Shown here in pieces: positions 19,757-30,375 of a DNA stretch of 64,000 nt. The translations under genes were made by a program, and so were the position numbers. The notes below the pieces were generated by a model. It was not told where the DNA came from and did not search any database. It was given only the letters and a program-made list of their open reading frames with translations. Every line of letters starts with the position of its first letter. The first letter of the stretch is position 1. Source of the DNA: a bacterium (GTDB taxonomy: Bacteria; SAR324; NAC60-12); NCBI GenBank assembly GCA_965209155.1, contig OZ242383.1, positions 2,240,001-2,304,000 of the forward strand. The letters are read 5' to 3'.

Positions 19757-21513
19757 CCTAAATTGAGCGATTCTTTTCAAGAATAGGATTTTTTAGATGA
19801 TTTTTGCGCCCAAGGAATCGAATCATTGAGATATCAGAATTTGATGATCCAATTCGTGGAACTTTGGGTCAGAATGAGCCTCAAGATGATGATTTCGTCT
19901 GCGGGGAATCTTCATTTCTCATGCAGTGGACACACTCATCCTTTTACACTTCAAAATTACACTTCAAAAAGATTTTATTTCTGCGAACCCCGTTGTTCAG
20001 ATGGGCACCAACGATTGCCGGCATGTGCTAAACAGTCAATCCAACTGTAAGCGCTCAAAAGTAGTTTTGGGTACTTTCAAGAACAGTTTTCCGGCATGAC
20101 GAACCAGTTTGTCTGCCGTGTCAAAAAACTGACGTCGGAAGGTATCAGCATAGACTGATATCGAAATAACCGGCTCACTGACATCTTCTTTGAAGGCTTC
20201 GAAGAGGTTATTGCCAACCAGCATAAGATAGTACCATGCGGTATTGGAAATGAAGTTCTTGAAGGGCAGTTGTTCATGACCAAAATTTTTCAGCGCCCGG
20301 TTGGCCAGTTCATCATTTCCCCGTCCGTGATAGGAGGCAAGGATGTGGTGAGCATTGATCCGCTTTTCTTCAGCCACTTGGCGGAGTTGCTCATCAATGG
20401 CGCTTCCCATACCAAGGTTCGTAATAATCACACCATCATGTTCCAAACCCGGCAAAGAGAGTTGCTTATCGTGTTCAATCAGGCGACTGTAGATCATGCG
20501 CCGAGCCTTCTTCTATGTCCCCTGCCGACTCATAAACTCGGTGAATTGCCAGATCTTCCTCTTACCCGAAGAAGTGAAAGTCTGCCAGTCCGTGGCTTTT
20601 TCAGCAGCATGCTTCACATTGGCATAGGACTTTCCTCCACAGAGATAACCGATGTTCAGTCCTTCACAGCTCTCAAAGAGTTTCTGGTCAAAAAAGCAGC
20701 GTCCATCCGTACCAGAATCGGTACATCCTCTCGGAAATCGCGGCGGATCTTTTTCACGACATGAACCAGCATCTTCTCCGCCGTTTTCACATGATTCGAA
20801 TGTTTGCTGCCTCCACGAAAAACGGTGTCCACCATATAACGACCCCAATTCATCTGCAGGGGATGAAATCCCCTGACTTTCTTGTAAGTCGGCTGAACTC
20901 CCTGGCGTTTCAGGGCATCATCATTGTCCAGTACCATCGAATCCAAACCCAACTCAATCACCGCGCGACGAGTCTGCTTCAGTCTCCAGATGAACAGCTT
21001 CTGCAGCAGATGACGAAAGAGGTAGACTTGCACAAAAGAGAACTTTGTAAAAAATCTTTTCACCGCATGCGAGGCGGCAAGCTCTTCCTGACGGCATGCC
21101 AGCAACGCGGCATAACTCTCGTCTCTTTTGAGATGATCGAACCAGCTGAGGCGACGGCTGCTGCCGTCCATGAAAAAACAAAGTATCTGCAAAAAGAAAT
21201 CAGTGACCACAATCCCTTTTTTGTGTTTACGCATCGAAGCAAACATCTTCTCCAGGACCGGCATCAGTTGAATGCTTTGCAGATACTGGGCAAACAAGGC
21301 CAATCCGGTACGACTTGTCAAGTGTTCATCTCTTGGTTCAATTGCATCAATTTTCTGTTTCTTTTTATCCTGAACTGTTGTATCTTTCTCCATGAAGCTC
21401 TCTACATGTTGGGTTGTGTAAGATATTGTGGAAATTTTAGGTTTACCCACTGAAATATCACACTTTTTCCAAAAGGTGGAGAGCTTTTTTTATTATAAAT
21501 CGCTCAACTTAAA
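19757..21513 (-). mobile_element. IS1380-family insertion sequence (degenerate)
   Basis: Imperfect terminal IRs CCTAAATTGAGCGATT (19757-19772) and AATCGCTCAACTTAAA (21498-21513), 13/16 match, enclosing a DDE transposase. Confidence 0.75.
20036..21450 (-). pseudogene. IS1380-family transposase, frameshifted and with a premature stop
   Basis: LTSRTGLALF, LDSMVLD, PTYKKVRGFHPL, RMDAAF/FDQKLF across a frameshift near 20690. In-frame TAG at 20513-20515; YHGRGNDE downstream. Confidence 0.85.
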
Positions 21514-21548
21514 ATTAAATACAATCAGAAAATTCAGGAAACACTCTT

Positions 21549-24500
21549 ATGGATCACACACATATCGTTCAGGCAGGTGATCTCGCACGATATGCCGATA
21601 CCCGAGCAAGTCAAGCGGTCATTCCAGAACTCGTATTTCATCTAGTACAACAATCCGTTCCTGACGCAACGGTGTGCCGTATTCCCTATGGGGACATGAT
21701 AAACCAAACAGGTTGGGACGGCCTTGTCGAATCCGAGAGCGGTTATCCAGTGTATGTCCCCAAGGGACGTTCCTATTGGGAAATCGGAACTGGGACAAAT
21801 CCGCAGTCAAAGGCCAACAAAGACATCAAAAAGCGAACAATAAAGCTCACAGACCTTGAACGAGCCAATTCGTCTTTTATATTTGTGACACCCCATTTAT
21901 GGAGAGAACCGGAACAAACCGAGTGGATCAATAGGCAAGAAAATCAAGGATGGAAGCGAATCCAGATTATTGATGGCGTCAAGCTTGCCGATTGGTTGCG
22001 GGAGTTTCCTGCCCTTGGTCGCTGGATAGCGAAAAAAGTGGGGATCACTTCCAGTTTAGGTGGAATTTTTACTCCAATGGAACATTGGGAATTGATTCTT
22101 TCGCAAGGTGATAAAAGCGATCCACACCTTCCTCCGACATTGTTCACAATTTCACGGAAAAATGCGTGCGACGCTCTTGAAACCGTGTTCAGGGGTGAGG
22201 CAATGCGTTTGCTTTTATTTGCAGAAAGCGAGCACGATGTAGATGACTTCGTCTCTGCATATCTTGCTACACTGGATAAAGCCAAGTCGAGCGAGTTCTC
22301 CAATCGCTGCCTGTTTATTAGCGAAGAGGACGCGTGGCGGTCTGTCGTTTTAGCGCGGCGGTCACATGTCCTCGTCGCAAACCCGCGATTGGATCTGGAT
22401 TCTGAGAACCAGGATCTCCAAACCGTTGCCACAAGCAAAGGGCACGCGGTAGTAATTCCCCTATGCGGGGCGTGGTCAGGGGGAAACCATGAAATCATCA
22501 AACTAAGAAGCCCCTCTCGAGTCCAGATTGAAAATGTTCTCAAGGATGCAGGTTTCTCAATAATTCGAGCGAGAGAACTCGCTGGTATCGGGGACGGACT
22601 TATTTCAGCTCTGAAACGAAATTTACTTGGCCTGGGAACTCTGCCACCGTATGCCACGTGGAACAATGCCCGACAGTTCGCACAAGCAAGACTCGCCGGA
22701 CAATGGGACGGTACAAACAAGGCTGATAAAGAAGCAATGGAGAAACTGTCGGGAAAAGATTATGGGGAGTGGATCGAGACTCTGAGAACTAATGCGATAC
22801 GCTCGGACTCTCCCCTAGTTCAACATAATGCTAAATGGAAATTCGTTGCATGTGGTGAAGCATGGAATGCGTTGGGAAACCGGGTCACAGATGATGATCT
22901 CGATCGACTTCAGCAAACGGCGATTATGGTTCTTGGGGAACGAGATCCACAGTTTGATTTACCGAAAGAAGAGCGATGGGCTGCTGGCATTCATGGTAAG
23001 AGCTTGAAACACTCCGATTTTCTCAGGCAAGGATTAGCCGAAACAATGGCTTTAGTGGGAAGCCGACCCGAAGCTCTTTCTCATTGCTCCATCGGCAAGG
23101 CAGAAAACATCACTATTTCTGTTGTTCGACAGTTACTGTATGGAGCGAGCTGGGAACGTTGGGCGAGTCTGGGTTCACATCTGCCTCTTTTAGCAGAAGC
23201 AGCCCCCGACGAGTTTTTAAATGCTGTCGAAACCGCCTTGGAAAATCTTGACGAGACTCCTTTTCATGAGATCTTTTCTCAAGCAGGAAGTGGTGGGTTT
23301 GGTGGTGGTAACTATATGGTCGGCCTTCTGTGGGCGTTGGAGTCCCTCGCATGGAATCCAGATTACCTTTCACAGGTTGCGGTTATCCTTGCCGACATCG
23401 GATCGATCGATCCTGGAGGAAACTGGGCGAACCGCCCGAAATACTCATTGGTAAATATCTTTCTTCCCTGGCACGCTCAGACCACTGCATCCTTTGAAAA
23501 GCGCTTGCTAGCTATAAAAACTGTCCTTGACGAACAGCCAACAGTAGGCTGGAAGCTTCTCATGGCCCTGCTGCCACACAACCACGGAGTGACGAACGGA
23601 TGCCATCGACCAATTTGGCGGAACTATATTCCTCGAGATTGGAAGGAAGGCGTCTCTCGAAGAGAGTATTGTGAACAGATCACAGTTTTTGCCAAGCTTG
23701 CGATTGAACTTGCGAAGGAAGATGCTGAGAAATTGGGTGAGTTGATTACTCATCTGCCGGATTTGCCTAAAACTGCCCAGGAATGCTTTCTTAGCCACCT
23801 CGTATCGAAAAAAATAGTGAAGCTGTCCGAATCCGAGCGGTTTCCATTCTGGGAAAAATTTCAGAATTTGGTGCAATTACACAGAAAATACGCTGACGCT
23901 GCATGGGCACTTCCCAAGGACATTATCCTAAAGATTGAAGAAGCTGCAAACTCTCTGACACCAAAAGCACCAGAGTTGAAATTTCAGCCTCTTTTCAGTG
24001 GTAGGGATTCAGTTCTGCTCAAGGAAAAGGGTAATTACGACGAGCAACGAAAGCACCTCGACGAAGTTCGACAAGCTGCTGTCAAGACCATTCTTGAAGC
24101 AGGAGGCTTAGCCTCAGTGCTTACATTTGCACAAAACGTGTCAGTCCCGTATGAGGTTGGACGAGCTCTGGGAACCGTAGGTACCAAGAAACTTGAGGAC
24201 GAGATTTTACCTTCCCATCTAAATGCTGAAACCGAAACGGTGAACCATGTTGTAGCTGGCTTCGTATGGGCACGGTATTGGGAACTTAAGTGGACTTGGG
24301 TTGATGCAGTTCTCGGAAGGGGTTGGAGTATAAAACAAAAAGCTGCATTCCTGACACTGTTGCCTTTTAAAGATGAAACCTGGAGTCGAGTCTTCAAACA
24401 TTTGGGTGAACAAGATGAAGAGCTTTATTGGAGGGACGTGAAAGTACATCTGTATGAACCCGATTGTGATTTGACGATTGTGATCAAAAAACTGCTCGAA

Positions 24501-25346
24501 CATGAACGACCGGCTAACGCCCTACAATGCGTTTCCAGAACTGTAAACGACGAAAGACGATTCGACGAGGCCCTTGCTACACGTACACTTCTAGCCGTAC
24601 TTGATACACCGTTGATGATTAAGCAAGTGGACTACTACGAGGTGATCGAACTAATCAAACGTCTCCAGAAAACACCAGATGTCGATCAGGAGACGCTATT
24701 CAAAATCGAATGGAATTTTCTTCCTTGGTTAGACCAATTCTCCTCTGGTTCCCCAGTCACTCTTGAAAGTCGACTTGCTTCTGATCCTGACTTCTTTGCT
24801 GAAATTATAAAGCTCGTTTTTCGTTCGCAGAACCCCGAGAAGGAAGAGGCTGAACCGGATGAACAAAAGCAAAACCTTGCAGACAGAGCTTACGACCTTC
24901 TGGTAGCATGGAAAAGGTGTCCCGGTATGTTAGCCGACGGTTCGTTTGATGTCGATTCCTTCAATAACTGGATTAATGAGGCACGAAGAATTACAAAAGT
25001 AACAGGGCATTGGAATGTTGCACAATTTCAAATTGGTCACGTATTAACACATGCATGTGAGGATCCTAACGAACTTTGGATTCACGAGGCTGTTGCCAAG
25101 GTATTGAACAGAAGAGATTCGGAGAAGATGCGTTCTGGGTTCACCTCGGAACTTTTCAACCAAAGAGGAGTTTACCTCTATACTGCTGGAACGGGAGAAA
25201 AAAAACTCGCGCAAAGGTATCGCGAGAAGGCTGATGCTCTCGACGCCAAGAAATTTTCACGTTTTGCAACTGCCATGCGTCAGTTCGCAGAAGTCTACGA
25301 GCGACAATCCATTCGTGAAGCTGAACTCGGTCCTTTTAATGGTTAA
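21549..25346 (+). CDS. Large protein with N-terminal restriction-endonuclease-like domain and helical C-terminus; probable defence protein
   Basis: 1265-aa intact ORF. GWDGLVE...YWEIGT...KANKDIKKRT...FIFVTP...IIDGVKLADWL resembles a PD-(D/E)xK/Mrr-like fold; located in a defence-island context. Confidence 0.6.
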   Translation: MDHTHIVQAGDLARYADTRASQAVIPELVFHLVQQSVPDATVCRIPYGDMINQTGWDGLVESESGYPVYVPKGRSYWEIGTGTNPQSKANKDIKKRTIKLTDLERANSSFIFVTPHLWREPEQTEWINRQENQGWKRIQIIDGVKLADWLREFPALGRWIAKKVGITSSLGGIFTPMEHWELILSQGDKSDPHLPPTLFTISRKNACDALETVFRGEAMRLLLFAESEHDVDDFVSAYLATLDKAKSSEFSNRCLFISEEDAWRSVVLARRSHVLVANPRLDLDSENQDLQTVATSKGHAVVIPLCGAWSGGNHEIIKLRSPSRVQIENVLKDAGFSIIRARELAGIGDGLISALKRNLLGLGTLPPYATWNNARQFAQARLAGQWDGTNKADKEAMEKLSGKDYGEWIETLRTNAIRSDSPLVQHNAKWKFVACGEAWNALGNRVTDDDLDRLQQTAIMVLGERDPQFDLPKEERWAAGIHGKSLKHSDFLRQGLAETMALVGSRPEALSHCSIGKAENITISVVRQLLYGASWERWASLGSHLPLLAEAAPDEFLNAVETALENLDETPFHEIFSQAGSGGFGGGNYMVGLLWALESLAWNPDYLSQVAVILADIGSIDPGGNWANRPKYSLVNIFLPWHAQTTASFEKRLLAIKTVLDEQPTVGWKLLMALLPHNHGVTNGCHRPIWRNYIPRDWKEGVSRREYCEQITVFAKLAIELAKEDAEKLGELITHLPDLPKTAQECFLSHLVSKKIVKLSESERFPFWEKFQNLVQLHRKYADAAWALPKDIILKIEEAANSLTPKAPELKFQPLFSGRDSVLLKEKGNYDEQRKHLDEVRQAAVKTILEAGGLASVLTFAQNVSVPYEVGRALGTVGTKKLEDEILPSHLNAETETVNHVVAGFVWARYWELKWTWVDAVLGRGWSIKQKAAFLTLLPFKDETWSRVFKHLGEQDEELYWRDVKVHLYEPDCDLTIVIKKLLEHERPANALQCVSRTVNDERRFDEALATRTLLAVLDTPLMIKQVDYYEVIELIKRLQKTPDVDQETLFKIEWNFLPWLDQFSSGSPVTLESRLASDPDFFAEIIKLVFRSQNPEKEEAEPDEQKQNLADRAYDLLVAWKRCPGMLADGSFDVDSFNNWINEARRITKVTGHWNVAQFQIGHVLTHACEDPNELWIHEAVAKVLNRRDSEKMRSGFTSELFNQRGVYLYTAGTGEKKLAQRYREKADALDAKKFSRFATAMRQFAEVYERQSIREAELGPFNG

Positions 25347-25366
25347 TACAATATCGCGAAAAATAG

Positions 25367-25600
25367 ATGCCCACTCCCACTGAACAATAAACCGTGCAGG
25401 GTCGTATTCCGGAATTCGTGAAGGAGATTGGATGGGCTATCTTGCTATGGGCCAAGGCGGAGTGGAGGCGGGGGAGACGGAAGCTCCGGAGGAGTTGGCA
25501 AGGTTTCGTAGTACTTCGACGACCTTCTCTGACATGCCGACCAAGGTCAACGAACGATCCAACGTTTTCGTGATGATCGGCGAAGCGCACCGTACCCCCC
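25367..25600 (+). pseudogene. Telescoped relic of a type I restriction subunit HsdR
   Basis: MPTPTEQ*TVQGRIPEFVKEIGW resembles an HsdR N-terminus. FSDMPTKVNERSNVFVMIGEAHRT resembles the DEAH box region (D changed to G). Almost all intervening sequence is missing. Confidence 0.6.
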
Positions 25601-25688
25601 TGAGACCAATGACCTGAATGGAGTCTTGTCGAATACAACGGCCTGTGATAATCTCATTGTCTTTATGCTTGAGCCAGCTAATTATTTA

Positions 25689-25884
25689 ACCTGAGTTCGA
25701 GATAAGCATTTAATAAATTCAATATGTTATGGAATCTTCATATCTTAGAGAAACTGTGTCATTCCTACGAAAGCAGGAATCCAGAGGTAGGCAGCCAGAC
25801 TGAAATCTGGATTCCGGGTCTTCGCCCGGAATGACATATACACCAGGATACTCATATTATTAAATTCTTATTTCGAACTCAGGT
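25689..25884. mobile_element. MITE-like element with terminal inverted repeats and an internal REP-like palindrome
   Basis: TAACCTGAGTTCGAGATAAGCATTTAATAA (25687-25716) versus the reverse complement of 25857-25886: 28/30 match. Flanking TATTTA direct repeat (25683-25688, 25885-25890). Internal GTCATTCC..GGAATCCAG / CTGGATTCC..GGAATGAC. Confidence 0.8.
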
Positions 25885-25985
25885 TATTTACACGGAGTAT
25901 CCCTCTTTTCATTTCATTCGGGCAGAATGAGCCCCTTTCCACCACCGGAAATAGCAGAGAACCTTTTACTGTGAGGAAGGACGTC

Positions 25986-27866
25986 ATGAAACAGTTTTTA
26001 CGCACCCATTATTGTGGAGCGTTGAGAAGCGCCAATATTGGAGAAGAGGCGCATGTGATGGGATGGTGTCAATCCCGTCGTGATCACGGAGGCGTGATCT
26101 TCGTGGATTTACGGGATTATAGTGGCATCACCCAAGTGGTGTTCAAGCGAGAAATCGATGAAGCGTCCCATACCCTGGCTGAAAGCATACGATCGGAGTA
26201 TGTGCTGGCTTGTCGTGGTAAAGTCAGCCCGCGTGAAGAGGGAAACGTCAACCCCAAATTGCCGACGGGGGAGATCGAAGTGCTGGTGGCGGAATTAAAG
26301 ATCCTGAATCGTTCCAAAACGGCTCCCTTTGTGGTGGACGAACGGGCGCGAGTGGATGACGAGCGCTTGCGGCTGACGTATCGTTACCTGGATTTGCGGC
26401 GTACTTCCATGCAACGCAACCTGATGCTCCGTTCCCAAGCCTTGCACGTGGTGCGCAACTATTTCAATGCCCACCACTTTTTTGAAATCGAGACGCCGAT
26501 ACTGACCAAATCCACTCCGGAAGGAGCGAGGGATTATTTAGTACCCTCCCGGGTCAATCCGGGGCAATTTTATGCGCTTCCCCAGTCTCCCCAATTGTTC
26601 AAGCAATTGCTCATGTGCAGCGGGTATGACCGTTATATACAAATCGCCCGCTGTTTCCGTGATGAAGACCTGCGGGGCAATCGTCAGCCGGAATTCACCC
26701 AGATTGACCTGGAAATGAGTTTCACGCAACCTGGAGAAATATTTCAATTGATCGAAGGGATGTTCAAACGTTTGTTTCAAGAAACAATCGGGATACTCGT
26801 TGATCTCCCTTTTCCCCGTATGAGCTACCAACAGGCGATGGAGGAATATGGTTCCGACGCGCCTGATATCCGTTTTGATTTGAAATTGGTGGACCTCTCC
26901 GAGGTTGCAGGGGAGTGCAACCTGAAAGTTTTTTCAGAGGTGGTGGACAGAGGCGGTGTCGTTAAAGCGATTTGCGTACCAGGAGGGGCTGATTTTTCAA
27001 GGAAAGACCTCGATGATTTGACCGGGTTCGTGGTCCGCTATGGAGCCAAAGGAATGGCGTGGGTCAAATTGAATGAAGGGGGGTGGCAGTCTCCCATTGC
27101 CAAATTTTTCTCGGAAACGCACAAACGTTCCATTGAGGAAAAAATGGAAGGTCGAGTGGGAGACCTGATCCTGTTTTGCGCGGATAACAGAAAGATAGTG
27201 GCGGATTCCCTGGGTAATTTACGCAAAGAAATCGCCCGTCGCCGTCAGTTGATTCCAGAAGACGATTTCCGCTTCGTCTGGGTTACCGATTTTCCACTCC
27301 TGGAGTATGATGAGGAAGCCAAACGTTACAATGCCGTTCACCACCCCTTCACCATGCCCAACCTGGAAGACCTGGAAAAACATTACGATTCCGATCCTTC
27401 TCAAATTCGTTCCATCGCCTACGACGTGGTCTTGAATGGCGTGGAACTCGGGGGAGGCAGTATTCGTAATCATCGAGAAGACATTCAAAGAAAAGTATTT
27501 CGTCTGCTGGAGTTGGAAGATAACGAAGCGCGGATGAAATTCGGATTCTTACTCGACGCCCTCTCTTATGGCGCGCCTCCTCATGGTGGAATAGCGCTCG
27601 GGTTTGATCGTATGATGATGTTCCTGGTCAATACCGATTCCATTCGCGATGTGATTGCCTTTCCTAAAACTCAAAAAAGCACCTGCCTGCTCACCGGAGC
27701 GCCCTCAGCAGTGGAAACGTCGCAGTTGGATGAATTGCATATTCGCGTCAAGGGTACAGGACAACTTCCAAGTCCTTCCTCGCCTCGACCCTCCTCCGCC
27801 ATCGGAGAAGAAAGGTGGGATCCAGCGGGCGAAGATCCTCAAAAAAGTGAAACGCGGGTCCCCTGA
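25986..27866 (+). CDS. aspS: Aspartate--tRNA ligase (probably non-discriminating)
   Basis: RTHYCG, RRDHGGVIFVDLRD (His typical of the ND type), YALPQSPQLFKQLLM, FRDEDLR, GAPPHGGIALGFDR. Confidence 0.97.
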   Translation: MKQFLRTHYCGALRSANIGEEAHVMGWCQSRRDHGGVIFVDLRDYSGITQVVFKREIDEASHTLAESIRSEYVLACRGKVSPREEGNVNPKLPTGEIEVLVAELKILNRSKTAPFVVDERARVDDERLRLTYRYLDLRRTSMQRNLMLRSQALHVVRNYFNAHHFFEIETPILTKSTPEGARDYLVPSRVNPGQFYALPQSPQLFKQLLMCSGYDRYIQIARCFRDEDLRGNRQPEFTQIDLEMSFTQPGEIFQLIEGMFKRLFQETIGILVDLPFPRMSYQQAMEEYGSDAPDIRFDLKLVDLSEVAGECNLKVFSEVVDRGGVVKAICVPGGADFSRKDLDDLTGFVVRYGAKGMAWVKLNEGGWQSPIAKFFSETHKRSIEEKMEGRVGDLILFCADNRKIVADSLGNLRKEIARRRQLIPEDDFRFVWVTDFPLLEYDEEAKRYNAVHHPFTMPNLEDLEKHYDSDPSQIRSIAYDVVLNGVELGGGSIRNHREDIQRKVFRLLELEDNEARMKFGFLLDALSYGAPPHGGIALGFDRMMMFLVNTDSIRDVIAFPKTQKSTCLLTGAPSAVETSQLDELHIRVKGTGQLPSPSSPRPSSAIGEERWDPAGEDPQKSETRVP

Positions 27867-27892
27867 TATTCTATTCGATTTTTCCTGACAAG

Positions 27893-29623
27893 ATGAGCTT
27901 TCCTGAATTCTTACGAACCTTGAAACAATGGATGTTCTTATCCAAGCGTGAGCAAGGAAAAACTTATGCTTCCGTGGGTTCCCTGGATCGACGCCAGATT
28001 GCTTTACAGCAAAGGGAACGGGCGCTCACGACACAGGAAATAAAGGAAAAACTCCCAAAAATGGGAGATGCACCGCTTTTCAGTATCCTCATTCCCGTTC
28101 AAGATCCTCCGCAGGAATTTTTACGACAAACCCTGGATTCGGTATTGAATCAAGCCTATCCCCGCTGGGAACTCTGCATTGTCAATGACGCATCCTCCGC
28201 CCCTTATGTCACAGACATTCTGGAAGAATTCCAGCAATCCGATTCCCGCATCATGTTGCAGCATTCTTCAAAAAAGCAAGGAATTTCCGCTGCATCCAAT
28301 GCCGCACTGGCCATGGCAAATGGAGATTTTGTTTGTCTGGTGGAGCATGACGATTTGCTATTACACGACACCTTGTTTGAAATTGCGGAACATATTCTCA
28401 GGCTACCGGAAATAGATTTCATATATACCGATTCAGCAATAGTCGACACGCATGGAAAGTTAGTCGAATTTTTCTACAAACCCGACTTCAACCTGGAAAT
28501 GTTTTTATGCCAGAATTGGCTGGGGCAACTTTCCATGATTCGCCATTCCTTGCTGACAAAGGTGGGAGGATGGTCTGAAGGCCGCACAAGAAAGGACTAT
28601 GATTTGTTCCTGCGTTGCATTGAGCAAGCAGGTCGGGTTTCCCATATCCACAAAATTTTATTCTACTACCGGCAAGGCCCCGGAACCAATTCAGTATCTT
28701 CGGAAAACCAATCCCACGCCCAAGATGAGCAACGAATGGCATTGCAAGATAGTTTGAACCGCAGGAAAATCGAAGGCACGCTCTCCGATATGGGTTCTTT
28801 CATATTTTGCATTCAACGTCCTCTGAATAAGGAGGAACGGGTTTCCGTTATCATTTGTACTCTTGGTTGGGAACTCGATTTACCGCACGTTTTGGGGGAT
28901 TTTTTAACAAAAAAACCCTACCCAGACCTGGAAATTCTTTTACTGATGGATCCCCTGCCTGGTGGAAACATGAAAAACCTGGAAGCGAAAGGCGTCCATT
29001 TTTTGAAATACGAGGAGGCAGAAACGCTCACAGCCAATCTAAACCGGGTTGCAGAGACAGCCCGGGGAGATCATTTGCTTTTCGTCTTCTGGCATTTCAA
29101 ACCTTTGACTGAAAATTGGTTACTGAACCTGGTGGAGCAATCCCAACGATCGGAATCTGGGTTAGTGGCCGGGAAGTTATTGAACCGGCAACATCGCATT
29201 GCCACTGCAGGGGGGGTTCTATCTCGAGTGGGACCTCTCAATCTCTTCCAGGGAGATCCGTCTAATGCCGTTGGGGAGACCAACAGCCTCATTTCCCCGC
29301 GAAGCTACCAATTGCTCAGTGGCCACTGCGCCATGGTGGCAAAACCGGTTTTCCGGCAGGTGGAAGGATTCGACACTGCCTACCAATCCCGCTTTTTCGA
29401 CTACGATTTATGCCTCCGTCTGGAACAAAAAGGATATCGTAATCTATTCACCCCCTTCACCATCCTCCAACTCCAGTACAACGAGGCTTTGGATAAATCG
29501 CTGGAACGCGATAGTGAGGATTTTATTCGTTTTCATGACAAATGGGAATCCATCTTCGGCAAAGATGGAAATTTCAACTTTGCCCTCCAGGAAGCACTCG
29601 TGGAAAGAAAGGACAAACGATGA
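27893..29623 (+). CDS. Glycosyltransferase family 2 (two GT2 domains, second degenerate)
   Basis: FSILIPV, SVLNQAYPRWELCIVNDAS, GISAASNAAL, EHDD, DYDLFLR; second domain DYDLCLRL. Confidence 0.9.
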   Translation: MSFPEFLRTLKQWMFLSKREQGKTYASVGSLDRRQIALQQRERALTTQEIKEKLPKMGDAPLFSILIPVQDPPQEFLRQTLDSVLNQAYPRWELCIVNDASSAPYVTDILEEFQQSDSRIMLQHSSKKQGISAASNAALAMANGDFVCLVEHDDLLLHDTLFEIAEHILRLPEIDFIYTDSAIVDTHGKLVEFFYKPDFNLEMFLCQNWLGQLSMIRHSLLTKVGGWSEGRTRKDYDLFLRCIEQAGRVSHIHKILFYYRQGPGTNSVSSENQSHAQDEQRMALQDSLNRRKIEGTLSDMGSFIFCIQRPLNKEERVSVIICTLGWELDLPHVLGDFLTKKPYPDLEILLLMDPLPGGNMKNLEAKGVHFLKYEEAETLTANLNRVAETARGDHLLFVFWHFKPLTENWLLNLVEQSQRSESGLVAGKLLNRQHRIATAGGVLSRVGPLNLFQGDPSNAVGETNSLISPRSYQLLSGHCAMVAKPVFRQVEGFDTAYQSRFFDYDLCLRLEQKGYRNLFTPFTILQLQYNEALDKSLERDSEDFIRFHDKWESIFGKDGNFNFALQEALVERKDKR

Positions 29624-30234
29624 ACTCACTTCGATCGACGAAGTGCGCAATTATCATATTCGTGTTGACGATCTTTGGAGCAATGCACTCCGTCTTGTGC
29701 GCAAATGAAACTTCAGAGGAAGAGACGAGACTTCATCCTTATGAAACCCTGGGGGGCAACTTCACGCTAACGAACCACCATGGTTCCCGCGTCCAGTTAA
29801 AAGATTTTCAAGAAAAAGTGGTTATTTTGAACTTTGGATTCACGAATTGCCCTGATATTTGTCCCCTCGTTCTCAGTCGACTTAAAAATCTCTACCAGCA
29901 ACTGGGAGAGCAGGCTTCTGCGGTGCAAGTTCTCTTCATCACCTATGATCCGCTGCGCGATACTCCGGAATTATTGAAAAACTACTTACCTCACTTCCAT
30001 GAGAGTTTTATCGGATTGACGGGAACGGAGGAGGAAATTTCCGCTATCTTAAAACAGTACGGAGCCGTGGCAATCAAACAGGAAGTCGATACGGCAGTGG
30101 GTTATTTGCTGGCTCATACGGACTACATCTACCTGATCGACCGGCAAGGATTGATTCGCGCCCTCTATCGCTCTTCAGATTCAATTGATCAAATGAAAAA
30201 AGACGTGCAACTCGTGATTTCCATGAGGAACTAA
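29620..30234 (+). CDS. SCO family copper chaperone
   Basis: FGFTNCPDICP (CxxxC), ITYDPLRDT, HTDYIYLID. ATGA overlap with the upstream stop. Confidence 0.92.
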   Translation: MNSLRSTKCAIIIFVLTIFGAMHSVLCANETSEEETRLHPYETLGGNFTLTNHHGSRVQLKDFQEKVVILNFGFTNCPDICPLVLSRLKNLYQQLGEQASAVQVLFITYDPLRDTPELLKNYLPHFHESFIGLTGTEEEISAILKQYGAVAIKQEVDTAVGYLLAHTDYIYLIDRQGLIRALYRSSDSIDQMKKDVQLVISMRN

Positions 30235-30375
30235 TATGCTTTCTTCCATCTCGAATACCTTATCAATTGAAAATTACCTATTTTTAAACGGGCCATTATT
30301 GAGGAAAAATCGGAGAGACGGAATTTGTCTGCGTCTCCTTTGTCAAGGAGGGCTGGTCCCAAGAGGTTGGAGGGG

